A DNA stretch of 64,000 bases from the human T2T-CHM13v2.0 reference genome, Homo sapiens: NCBI RefSeq assembly GCF_009914755.1, contig NC_060936.1; one strand, given 5' to 3'. Made by a program: the position numbers and the translations under genes. Below the pieces are notes generated by a model, which made no database searches, was not told the origin of the DNA, and saw only the letters and a list, made by a program, of their open reading frames with translations. Within the stretch, counting starts at the first letter, position 1, and each line of letters begins with the position of its first letter. Shown piece by piece: positions 27,183 through 39,963 of the stretch.

Positions 27183-30100
27183 CTAAAATTAATATTTTTA
27201 AATAGTAAGAAAATAGTTTCATTTACCAGAAAAAACTCATATTAGATATAGGCTACAACAACTAGTTGCTTATGGAGAGTAAAATACAGAGTGAAATTAG
27301 AAGAATTGAAGAGTCAAAAGCTAGTCTAGGTCTCATTTTTTGGGACTCTAAGCATCTTGAAAATTTTTGGGTTCTAAGATTTGCATATATATTGTTAAAT
27401 AACCCTAGGACAGTCACACAAATTTTGGGCTTTAAGTAAAAGTCAAATCTAAATCAAAATATGTTTGCTTCTGACTCCTAAAATTTTCTCTATTATGAAA
27501 AACTTTATCTATAACTTAAGTTTCTTTCACTCTGGCTCCTCAATACATTACACAATATATTTCCTCCTAGAACTCATGTACTTTCAAACTTCATGTTCGT
27601 TAAGCAAATCAGCAAACTGTATATCACTGTGGTTGTATATCTAGAAAAAGCCCAACCTGGTATGGTAACTCAGACCAAATGATTCTGCAGAGGATTGGGA
27701 GGCCATATCTACTTGCCATGGCCAATTAAGGACAACTGCTTTGGGCATGAAGGAGTGACATCAAGTGTCAGAGTATTTTCTATCCCCAAAATCCTGAGCC
27801 CTACAAATCATACTCTTTAATTATCTCTCAACTAATCTCTTGTCCTAGAATCTTGAACCTTCCTATGCCACAAGACTGTTTCCTAACAACATAAACAAAA
27901 TTCTACTTGATGGATCTACCCACTAAATATTCTAGTTTTCCTCCTTCCTTCCTTAAACTCCAAGGGAGTTTTTGACTGCTATGACTACTACTTCTACTTC
28001 TTCATTAATCATCCTCCCTTTCCCCTTCTTCCATCTGGCTTCTTGCTATTGAAAGGGCAGCCCCCACCCCGATCAACAAAGTCTTTTCTGTCCAATAACC
28101 TTGACCTCTGTCTACTCACAGCCCTTATGGACTATGTCATCTGGTTAAAACCCCTTCCTTCACTTCTTTGCCTGTACGCATACATCATAAATGGTTCTCT
28201 ATTTGTCTAATGTTTTTTTCCTTTCCCCTCCTTTATTCCAATTCAAAAATATGGATATGTCCCAATGTTCCAGCCCCGGTCCTTTGATTTTCTTGCCATA
28301 TCCTTCACTCCCTAGCTCTTACTCATGCCCACATCTTCAATTAGTATCTCTGTGAAGATGCCTGCCATTCTAGTTCTACAGTTGTATTCCCTCCCCAGGA
28401 CCTCAGTCGAATCGCCTGCTCAACATTTCCATGGGACATAGCACCACACATTGAATAGGCTTCTAAAAATTCCAAAAATGATTTTTATACTCCCTGAATC
28501 AGATTTCTCCCCAGATTTCTTGATTCTGTTAAAAGAACTCTTCCAGTTACCTAAGGTTTGATCCCATTTCCCAACCCCACACAGCCACTTAAAAGTTGTT
28601 CTTTCACAATGTCTTCATACTTTTCCTTTCTTTCCACTACTAACCCAGGTCAGGCCCTGGACTGGCAGAACTGCTTTCTACCAGATCTCCCTACCTCTGG
28701 CATTATTTTTTTCCTTTTCTGAAATCTGACCTGGCTACATGTGAGGCCAAGAACCAGCCATTTCCCAGCTGCCCCTGGGTACTTTCTTTTGGGGGTACCT
28801 CATTTGTTATCCTTACTCTAAATTAGTAGAAGATACGGTTTATATCTTATTTAAAATAATAGGGTTACTCCTTCATATTCTAGTACCTCTCTAGTCTCTT
28901 CATAGTCTAGTACCTAGTTCTGAATAGCTATTCAGAATAGCTAACTTGTTTTAAAAACTTGATTTGAGTATCTTGTGTTTATAACACATGCTTATATAGA
29001 TGAATTAACTGGGTCATTTCCCAGTGGAACATATTCTGTTTTCTATATTGGCTAAACTTTCCAAATCTGTTCAGAATCAGAAGTGTCATAGTGACAACTA
29101 TTTTTTGTGAAACGTTTTGATATCCCCTGTGTCTGTTATAGCTCTTGGCCCTACCCTTTCCTATAATACTTACTGTACTGCATTATAATGATTTCTTTTT
29201 CCATTAGACTAAGGGTTCTAAAACAGAGAATGTTACTTAGGTCTGTATTCCCAGGGTTTAGCACTCTGCCTCAAAAACACTAGGTGTCAATTAATGCATG
29301 AAGCAGGTCCTAGACCAAGAGAAAACAAAAAATGCAATGTTTAAGCTGTATTATCTCAAGTCCTAAGTCTCAACTATCATTTGCAAACTACTTTTTAAAA
29401 TTCCCCTTCAAATTTCAGCGATGTTATTTTTAAAAAATAGTCAAAAACTGTAATAAGAAAGAAAAATAAAGAAAACTGGATTGTTGACAAGTTGGATTTA
29501 GTACTTTTTAAGAAACGTGTTAAGCATCAACAGCTCTACTAATTATAGGATATAATTTATATGTTTCACAGTATCCTCTTTGAACAATACCCTCCATCCC
29601 CCTAAAAAGCAGTTGTACTTCTCAGTAGCTGGTCAGTTGACATGGAATAGGTATCTGATTCCTTTTTTGCACAGGCTGGTAGGAAGCTCCATGTCAACCC
29701 TGTGGCCCACTTCTTTTAAAGTATAGAGGGCTTTATGCCATGGGTTTTGTTTCTCCTATCCCTATTCTCTCTTCCTGCAAATTATTTAATTATTTTTAAT
29801 CTTATACTATATATGTTGCTTCAAGCAGTCTCAGTCCTTTCTAGAACAAAGCAGAGTTTTTTTAAAAAAAGCTTTATGCCTCATTATGATGTCTAAATTT
29901 ACATTTTCTACTTGCTATGTGCAGGGATATGATGAAAAAAAATAGGTTTATGTGTGAAACACAAAGCTAAAACTAAAAAACCACCTTGATTTGATTCCCA
30001 GTTGAGACATTTACTTAGTGAAAACAAGATGGTTTGCAGTCAGAATTACCTATTGTTAACTGCTGGCTTCTGCCTTGGCCATGGCACTAAAACCTCTTGA

Positions 30101-30894
30101 GCCACTAACCAAAAGAACACCTAAACATTTCTGAAGGTTTCAGTGAAAAGAAACAAATGTATGAAAGTTATCATAAATTTGGAGGATCAAACTTCAGTGT
30201 AAATAACCCAAAACTTGAAAAGAATTTTAGAAAGCTTAGAATTTGTCCGATTAAGTCTCCTTCAGCATTCCTCAACATCACAAACTCTAAGAACGGAGAG
30301 GAAAAGAAGACATGACGTCTCTCCTGATTCCGCACTGGCACTGGGTCTTCCCATCTCACCTCTGAAATACAGCTGGCACTATTATCAATGTAGCCCATGT
30401 TAAGCTTAGGCACTGTTTTCTAATTGAAATCATCCATTAATCAAACTTTTGAATGTCCTCTACATGCCAGACATAGACTATACTAGGAAGCTGAGATACA
30501 AAGAGTTATGAAACACAGTCTCTACATTCAAGAGTCCACAATCTAGTGGAGGAAAGAAACAAGTTAACTTTAAATAAATACTAATTAACTAATTAATAAG
30601 GATAAGCTCCTGGTCTAAGGCTTTTGTCATAAATAAGCAAACAATTATAAACATGTTATTTTGTACCATAAATTGCCTTCCTTGTATAACATGTAACATT
30701 ATTATAATTCCAGGCTCTAATTTGCTAAACAGACATGCCAACCAGAAATCACTATTTTAAAATCTTACTTTTCTCTAGATTTGGGGAATGTAAAAACAAT
30801 GAGCAGATTTTTAGATTGGGACATTCTTTTCAAAATTTAAACATCCTGACTCTTGCTTACTTATAGAACAGAGATAAAGTTTTTATTCTACAAA

Positions 30895-31110
30895 AGTGAT
30901 GAGAACACATGGATACACAGTGGGGAACACACACTGGGGCTTACTGGAGGGTGGAGGGTAGGAGAAGGGAAAGGATCAGGAAAAGTAACTAATGGGTACT
31001 AGGCTTAATACCTGGGTGACAAAATAATCTGTACAACAAACCCTCATGACACAAGTTTACCTATGTAACAAACCTGCACATTTGAAGTACACCTGAACTT
31101 CAAATAATAA
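30895..31110 (+). mobile_element. L1PA 3' end
   Basis: atgagaacacatgga...tatgtaacaaacctgcac. Confidence 0.88.
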
Positions 31111-31552
31111 ATTTTTTAAGTTTTTATTTTACAAAACAAAGGTAAGTGTGAGGTCACATTAAGCAGCAAAAAGCTATAAAAATTTTCATTCTTTTACTTT
31201 TATCAGCATAGTTTATAATTTAATTTTTTTAAATAAAGGTGAAGAACAAGAACTTTCCAGTTAACTAAGAGCTTTGAGTGGGTTTGGGGCTTAGTCAAGG
31301 TTTTATTATATCTTAAACCAATTGGAATATTTCTTCTGAAATATATGTTGCAGCTAAAGATTCAAGGAAGAATTTGCTGTTCATATATTAGAAAAACCTC
31401 TTTAAATTTCTTCCACTAGCGACCTCGGTTTTGGTTTGCAATTATTCACATCTGAACACAAGTGTCCTGAATTGCTTAATTTTTAAATCTCTAGTACTTT
31501 TGAATGTAGGACGTATAAACTCATGTTCAAATATGGCAGTCTCACAGTGTGG

Positions 31553-31812
31553 TTTTTCTTTTTTTATTATTATACTTTAAGTTCTGGGGTACATGTGCAG
31601 AACGTGCAGGTTTGTTACATAAGTATACACATGCCATGGTGGTTTGCTGCACCCATCAACCCGTCAGCTACATTAGGTATTTCTCCTAATGCTATCCCTC
31701 CCCTAGGCCCCTACCCCCAACAGGCCCTGGTGTGTGATGTTCCCCTCCCTGTGTCCATGTGTTCTCATTGTTCAACTCTCACTTATGAGTGAGAACATGC
31801 GGTGTTTAGTTT
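31553..31812 (-). mobile_element. L1PA (PA5-7-like) 3' end
   Basis: ttattatactttaagttctggggtacatgtgcagaacgtgcagg... Confidence 0.93.
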
Positions 31813-33357
31813 TGAAACTGCATTGAAATAGGACTTCAGCCCTGCCCAGGCAAAGTTGCTACTGCAATTAAAGATAGCATGGTACTTCAAGAAGACCAAA
31901 GTGCGATCTGCAAGGAAATAGATGCCTTCCTGCTTATAATATCTTAATTTTCTTTCTTATGGTACTTTTGTTGATTACCTATCAGTACATAGAGGAATCG
32001 ACCTATTTTTCAAATCAATCAGTTTAGCAAAATGTTGAGGGATGAAGAGTAAGAAAGTAAGTACTTATTAGTTCATATTAATGAAATCAAAATTCAGATC
32101 CTTCCTACACAAGTAGGAAAAAGAGGCCTGAAAGCCACCAATTCTTATCTGCCCGATCTGATCTGATTGCTTATTGATGTGCTTTAGTAGATTTCACCAT
32201 GCTACACTGTGTAAAATACACATGTAGCATCCTGCCCTGGTGAAGAAGCCGAATTTGGCTGTCTTTTCATGACCCTCTTATTTTTAAAATGATCTTCTAT
32301 GAAATTCTTCAGGTGAAAGGTACCTTCAGATGAAAGGTATAAACCAAATACTATTGGGCAATTTGAGCAAGAACATTAAATATAGGTTATGATACAGATA
32401 AAATCATTGAATAATATTCCATGAATCTACAACCTTTCTTCATTCCAATGGTTATAGAGTTTGTAGAAGTATGTGTTTTCTAAGTGAAATAACTACTTGG
32501 CTCCTTGGAACCAACTATTAAAAAAGCGTATTGAATCATCCTTAGAAAATTTGAACGTCCCATCCGTTCTTAAATTATTAGAAGAAAGTTGATAAGATTA
32601 AAAAGTAGAAAGGACCCTGAAGAGAGAGAGCTGCGCCTAGAGTTAGCAAGCAGGGACTGTTAGTTTCAAAGTAGGGCGGAAAGAAGAGGCCTGCCCGGCC
32701 GGGGCTGGAAATCCTAAGAGGCTTGAGAACGACTAGCAGGGAGATCCAGGGAACTAGGAGGGAGACGGATGGGTGGTGCCCTGCAGACCTGTGGATTGAA
32801 ATAAGTGTTCCCGGGAGGCAACCGTGGGATCAGGGATCGACAGGACATGGGATCTGAGACTTGGGTGAGATTGTTGACTGAGGAAGGTGCCCAGGGGGCT
32901 GGGAAAAGTCTGGGGCCTGAAGAAGGGGGTTCTGGGCCGCAGGCCGAAGCAATGGGGAGGCCATGGAGTAATTAGAGCCAGGAACTAAAATTATGGGGGC
33001 TACTGCAAAGATGACACCTAAGGGCTGGGTGAGTTGAGAGGAGTGGACGAGGCGCTGGATGTGCCCAGGGACCTCGGAGAGAGGATCCAGGCGAGGGGCG
33101 GAGGAGACATACGTATAAGTGGGGGCTGAGGGAAGGGATGCAGAGGCGTAAGCGGGGTTGAGAAGGGGTGCTGTGAGAGATCTGGGGGCTGAAGTGCACA
33201 ACATGAGTTGGATGGAGGCTACAGAAGAGCAGACGGGGACGTGGGGCTAGGCAGGGGCCGCGGCGGGGTGAGCCGGAGATCCGGGAGCCCGCAAGGACTA
33301 GGGTCGAGGGGCAGGGAGCCCGGGAGAGGCGGGCACTGGGCAGGCGCCCCACTGTAC

Positions 33358-33516
33358 CAGGCTGCGCAGATTGTCCTCCTGAGACTGGACCGTGAGAGCA
33401 GCAGTCCCGGTCAGCGTCCGGCGAGTAAAGTCGACGCTGCAGCGCAGGTGCAGGTGCTTGGTCCGGCAGACGGAAGCCGGAGAGGCCAACGAACAGGTAT
33501 CCACTATCTCGGGCAT
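33358..33516 (-). CDS. LTA4H: LTA4H exon 1 (MPEIVD...NLRSL), 159 nt
   Basis: ATG in GCCATGC context; donor CTG|gtacag. Confidence 0.98.
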
Positions 33517-34017
33517 GGCTCTGGGGGATCACACAGCACAGCGACCTACAGCCCAACGCTCAGCTACCAGACTCGTCGATAGAGAACCTGAGGAGGAGGG
33601 AGAGAGGTAAAGAAGAGGAGGAGGGATTCGCGGTGCACGCCGGGAAAGGAAGTTTCTTAAAGTCAGACGAGCGTTGGGGGATGGGTGAAGGAACTACAAG
33701 TTCCATGGTGCCGCGCGGCAAGCGGGCGCTTGGCTACCTGGGAGCGTGTGTGTTAGGGATGTTGAGGGGGACCAAGCGTGCTCCTGGAGCTGAAGAAGAG
33801 GAGGGGAGTAGGGGCAGTTAGAAGGGTGGCCGAAGGGAAATGATGAGAATGGAGGGGGAGATAAAACTGAACACTACCATTTTGGCTCTGTTCAACTTTC
33901 GTGGAAGCTGTGGTGGCAAACGTAAGAAAATCAGGTTCATTGGTGTTTGCATATAGCGAGGGCGGGGCGGAGCAAAAACGTAGAAAAGGCCTATCAGAAG
34001 GCTTTCTTTCGTGCGGT

Positions 34018-34089
34018 TCCTCGTTAGTATAGTGGTGAGTATCCCCGCCTGTCACGCGGGAGACCGGGGTTCGATTCCCCGACGGGGAG
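34018..34089 (+). tRNA. TRD-GTC2-8: tRNA-Asp (GTC)
   Basis: 72-nt TCCTCGTTAGTATAGTGG...GACGGGGAG; anticodon GTC 34051-34053; A box 34025-34035; B box 34068-34078. Copy number in the symbol is from memory. Confidence 0.97.
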
Positions 34090-34101
34090 GCACAGTAATT
34101 G

Positions 34102-34113
34102 TTTTTTGTTTTT
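34102..34113 (+). terminator. Pol III terminator of tRNA-Asp
   Basis: T6-G-T5 run 12 nt after the tRNA 3' end. Confidence 0.85.
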
Positions 34114-34744
34114 AGCTGTAAGTAATTCAAGGTTTAAACAGTTGTTTTGTCAGTTTCAGTGTTTATTATGTATATCCCCAGAACCTGCATCTCTCAAACG
34201 GAGAAAGCCAACATTCCCATCTTAGAAACTAATGAATTTCTATAAAAGTTATGCACTGGTCGCAATGGGAGTACAGAGCTGGGACATCTAGCTCAGCTCT
34301 GGGGCCTTTGTGGCAGGTGAAGGAGGATTGAAGGATGCCTTGCCTTTAGGGTGGGGCCTCAAAATTAAAACTGGAAAAATTGGAAGAGGCTAGGTTTCGA
34401 AGGACCTTAAATAGGTGGCCTTTTAATCCTGGGTGCATTAATGGGGGACCCACTGAAGAGTTTTCAGCAGGCGACTGATAAAGCATGGTCAGACTCATGT
34501 TATAAAATGCGGTATCAAAACCATTAGCAGGAGATTTAGGAAACTATTAAAATGGCTCAATCAGAAGATGCTGGGGGCCTGACATAGGTAAGTAGTAAGT
34601 TAGGATAGAGAGGAAGGAATGAATAGAAGGAATACTTAGATAAGTGGATTCACAGATTGAGAGGAGACGAAGGTGGCCCAGGCTTTCGGCTTCAGTGGCT
34701 GGCTAGTCATTAACCAGAGGTAGTAGTCTATATGAAGAGGACAG

Positions 34745-35120
34745 TATGTTAGGCTGTACTTGCATTGCTATAAATACCTGAGACTGGGAAGAAAAGGGGT
34801 TTAATTGGTTTACAGTTACGCAGGCTGTACAGGAAGCATAGCTCCAGTATGCTTCCAGGTAGGCCTCAGGAAGCTTACAATCATGGCAGAAGGTGAAGAA
34901 GGGGCAGGCCTCTACATGGCCCGAGCAAGAGCAAGAGATTGCGGCGCCGGTGCCACACACTTAAACAATCAGATCCCACAAGACACTGTGGCGAGGACAG
35001 CACCAGGCCATGAGGGCTCTGCCCCCGTGACCCAAACACCTCCCACCAGGCCCTACCTCCAACACTGGAGATTATAATTCAACATGAGATTTGGTAGGGA
35101 CATATATTCAAACTAAATCA
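34745..35120 (-). mobile_element. MaLR (MST-type) solo LTR interrupting an L2
   Basis: 5-bp TSD GACAG; aggcctcaggaagcttacaatcatggcagaaggtgaag MST motif; L2-like flanks ~34330-36200. Confidence 0.88.
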
Positions 35121-35688
35121 GACAGATTTAAGGGGAAGATGCTAAATTCAATTTTGGACATATGAAATTTGAGAACCTATGGGAGTGGAAGTGGAGATGT
35201 CCATGAGTCACTTGGATATTTAAGTCCACAGCTCTGGGGAAGTGCCAGGTAGACATGACCACGTCACATAACGTGGTGGATGAAATTATGACAGTGCGTA
35301 AGCTCAACCCAAGAAGAGTGTGTAAAGAGAAGGGTAATGAAAACAGGTTGGAAGCTGAGAGAACACCAGAATTTATTGTTTTAAAAAGGGCTAGAGGAAG
35401 AGAAACCCATGAAATAAACCAGAAAGAGCCAACCAACAATGCCAGATGCAGTCCCGAGGACCACCGAAGTAAGAAGTGAAAATTCTCTAGATTTGGCAGT
35501 GGGGTGAGAATGGGGAAGGTGGTGATTTTGTTGACTGTCGTGATTTGGTTGAAGATGGAAGCCAGAGAGTAGTGGATTGAGCAATGAAGAGAAGAGGGAG
35601 GTGAAGCATAAACCACTGTCAAGTTGCTTGGCCAATGTGAGAAGGGAAGATAAAGGGGAAGCTAGAGAGGAATGCAGCATTGAGAAAG

Positions 35689-35986
35689 CTTTTTTTTTTT
35701 TTTTTTTTGAGACGGAGTCTCGCTCTGTCGCCTAGGCTGGAGTGCAGTGGCGCAATCTCGGCTCACACAAGCTCCGCCTCCCGGGTTCACACCGTTCTCC
35801 TGCCTGAGCCTCCAAGGACTACAGGCGCCCGTCACCAAGACCGACTAATTTTTTGTGTGTGTATTTTTAGCAGAGACGGGGTTTCACCGTGTTAGCCAGG
35901 ATGGTCTGCATCTCCTGACCTCGTGATCCACCCACCTCGGCCTCCCAAAGTGCTGGGATTACAGGCGTGAGCCACCGCGCCCGGCC
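35689..35986 (-). mobile_element. AluY
   Basis: CpG-rich dimer; TSD GAGAAAG. Confidence 0.94.
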
Positions 35987-36395
35987 GAGAAAGAATTTTT
36001 TTAATGTTTGCTTTTTAAGGCAAGAGAAAACTTTAACATGTTTAGATATACAGGTGAAAGGGCTTCTGGAGAAGAGGAAAGTTTCTGCAGAAGGATCGAC
36101 TCAGAGGCAAAAAGGTAGAGAAGAAGAAAGTAAAGATTTCAGAGGTGTGAGGGATAGTTGATGGGTTTAGCATGCTGGTATGGTTCAATTCTCTATCAAA
36201 AGTGACGAAATTTAGCTCCAGCAACAACAACAAAAAACTGCTATATTTCTGGATATCCTTGTGTTGGCCCCTGCAAGCCAAAGGAAAACAAAATAAAACC
36301 AAAAAATCCCAAACTATGAAATCTAATACCTTACACATGCATAGGTCCTAATTCATAGGGTGTAAGAATTTGTCATCAACATTTGCATTTTCGGA

Positions 36396-36739
<344 letters not shown>

Positions 36740-37099
36740 TAGTCAAATAATACACAGTCAAATCATCTTATTTATCTAGTATGGAGAAAGGATAGTTTGT
36801 TTTAATAAGAACGTCATTATCATCATCTTCTATTATTGATTACCAGGAACCCACAGAGTTTATGCCACTTGTGTTTAAATAAAAATATCCACACACAACC
36901 ACAAATAAATTCCTCCATTAATATATTCATCAAAAAATAAATTACAGTAGGAATTGTTTTCTGAGATACCACTCACCCCAAATATAGAATGTACAAAATT
37001 TGCAATTTACAAGCAATTGGAGTATTATTGATATCCAATGGGGAATTGAGAATGCTTCAAAAAATGAGGCTTTCCACTGCATCTATAAAAGAAGGGTAA

Positions 37100-37243
37100 G
37101 GCTGGGCACAGTGGCCCACACCGGTAATCCCAGCACTTTGGGAAGCTGAGGCAAGCAGATTGCTTGAGCCCAGGAGTTTGAGTTCAGCCTGGGCAATGTG
37201 GTGAATCCCTGTCTCTACAAATAATAGTAATAATAATAATAAA
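37100..37243 (+). mobile_element. FLAM monomer with (TAA)n tail
   Basis: TSD TAAAAGAAGGGTAA. Confidence 0.88.
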
Positions 37244-38389
37244 AGAAGGGTAATATCAGGGTTTAGTTACCAAAGGAGACTTAAAGATGAAAAGATGATC
37301 TATATAAAATATTATGAAAAGAAATAATACCTATATTTATAGAGCCATATGAACAGGAAGAATTCCAGCCCTGCTATTCACCTGGAAAAGTTACTTAATC
37401 CCTCAATCCCCTCAGGATAATTGAGGCACCTGTGGCCCGTGCAGTTGTTGAAAAGATGAAATGAGATAAAGTATGGGAACTGCTTGGCACTGTGATTGAA
37501 ACAGATTGGGCATTTGTTACATGTTAGCTAATATGATTATTGCTGTTGGCTTTTGTCTATTTTAACCACTGTAATGTTATTTTTCCTTGTTGTGTTAGCA
37601 AGAGCTTTTAGGACAACCTGGGAAGTGAGAAGCAACCACGGTTTGTACAGCAAAACAAGTCACACCAAATTAGGCCTCTAAAAAGGAATGGCAACATTAG
37701 CAAAGATATGTTTTGAAATGCATTTACGGGAAATTTCAATTGTTGCACAAATGCTTCCCTTAAAAGGGCAAAAAGACTTTACATTGTTTTCTCCCCTTCC
37801 TTTACATATACCTTTCCTTTCTTGAAATAGTCGATGTAATTTGCAGATATTTATTAGATGCATTCTACTACACTGTGCTACCTAGAAAATAATTGGGGAA
37901 GGTTCTGTCTTACCTCTTGGATAATTTATACTCTAGTACCCAGCTGTACTAATGACCTAAGACAACATGGTGTTAAGAGGAGACTAAGGCCCTAGAAAAA
38001 CTATACATGAAATTCTAGAGGGACAAGTTCTATCCCTTTGGAGAAAGTCAAGAATAACGTCATGATTAACATAGCATTTGAGATGGGATTTGAAGGATGA
38101 GCCGAATATTAATAGGAAAAATGGTAGGATTGAGCATGGGGAGTGGGAGGTGGGCAGATTTTTCAGGTGGACTTAGCAGGAATCAAGGCGTGGGGCCAGA
38201 AGTAGAGATGTGTTTGGGAAAGAACAATTCTGAAGGTACAAAGTCCTACAAGTTAATGCAGTGCCCTCACACACTCCTCAATAATCTGCCTTTCTTCTTT
38301 CCTCTCCAGGTTATACATCTGGCATGATAGAGATCATTAGTTGTCTCCTAATACCTATATATCTTTTCATCCTTAGTAGTAAAACCTTC

Positions 38390-38800
38390 CATGTTTAGCT
38401 GGACACATGGCCACCCGGAAGTAGACATTTCCCAACCTTCTTTGCAGTTAGGCCATACCATTAAGTTCTGTCCAATGGCATGTAAGTGGAATTGTCAATT
38501 ATGACTCCCAGGAAGTGTCCTTAACAGTAACTTTATTTTCTTTTTAACCTTTTCTCTATTCTTTTCCTGGAATGTAGATAAGATACATTGATGGCTAGAG
38601 CTCTGACTACCATGTTGTATCATGATGTTGGAGCCATGTGCTGAGAGTGGTGGAGCAGCAAGGTAGAAGGAGCCATGAGCTGGAAATAGCCAGGTCTCTG
38701 GGGATCATGGAAACCCCATGTGAACTGCTCTGAATTTCTCAAAGAAATAAATTTCTACTTTGTTTAAGACAGTGTTATCTTGGGTTTTCTGTCCTTCACA
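38390..38800 (+). mobile_element. Old ERVL-type LTR (LTR33/LTR16-like)
   Basis: ggacacatggcc...catttcccaaccttctttgcagttagg...agaaataaatttctactttgtttaag. Confidence 0.55.
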
Positions 38801-39629
38801 GGGAACTCAATCTTTACTAAGACTCCTGGTCTCAGTTGGGTGAGTTTATCAGTTTTGCCCCAGATACTTGCCCTTATCTGTTGGTTTTCCACCACATTAT
38901 CGTGGACAGATCTTTCTTCCTTCTTGCTTGTGTTATCTGCTAGAGCATTCTTTCTAATGTAATCGTCTCACTCCCCTGCTTAAAATCCTTCAAGGTCTTA
39001 CTAACATTGCCAGTTGATATTATCTGCCTTTTTTGATTTAAGGCCCATTTTCAAATACTAGAATTTTTGGCATACAATCCAAGGGATTAAAAGATGAATG
39101 TAAGCTTTTTTTTTAAAGAAAGCTTTGGCAAATTTTTTTTAAATAACCAGTTATTCACAGTATATTATAATATTATATTTGTATGCTTTTATGATTTTTT
39201 AAATCTGAAATTATATTAAAATGAAAGATGAGTCTCATTTCTTGTATAAGTTCACTTTTTTGTTGTTGTTATTTTGGCATTTGATGTTTGTAAGAGTTGA
39301 GAACCCTAATTTTCTGAGAAATGACATGGAAGACTGCAGCAGTACCTCTGGACTCCACAGTTGGGTGCTCTTCGAGACCATGTTGCCATTTAAACAGAAT
39401 GGTTTCCTCCCTTTGCTCTGCCTGCTGATGTGGTCTAGCTAGCTCCTGATTAAACTCTGCCTCTTGCCTCTTTTTTACAGAAATGTGTATCCTCTACATG
39501 CATCAAAACATCACACTATACCCCATAAATACATACACTTTTTATGTCAATTAAAAAAAAAACAAAAAAAGAAATGTGTATCCCCCTTTACACCAAGTTA
39601 AATCACTCAGCTTATTATCTTCAAAGTAG

Positions 39630-39937
<308 letters not shown>

Positions 39938-39963
39938 ATAAACCCCTAGTTTTAAATTAAACA

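Larger units (their letters stand above)
33000..34100. promoter_or_regulatory. CpG island / TATA-less LTA4H promoter shared with the tRNA upstream region
   Basis: High GC and CpG density; pyrimidine-rich initiator (minus strand 33588-33626); ETS AGGAAGT ~33647; ZNF143-like ACTACAAGTTCCATGGTGC 33693-33711; two GCGTG XRE cores (33744, 33776); GC box 33960-33970. Confidence 0.85.

Noticed and set aside
32830-33821. Several 60-194 aa ORFs on both strands around exon 1
   Set aside because: Expected stop-codon scarcity in a CpG island; only 33358-33516 matches a known protein
33753-34130. 125-aa minus-strand ORF
   Set aside because: Antisense read-through of the tRNA gene (SPSGNRTPVSRVTGGDTHHYT is the tRNA-Asp reverse complement)
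35128-35680. 164-aa and 99-aa ORFs
   Set aside because: Lie in degenerate L2 sequence; no recognisable domain or splice support
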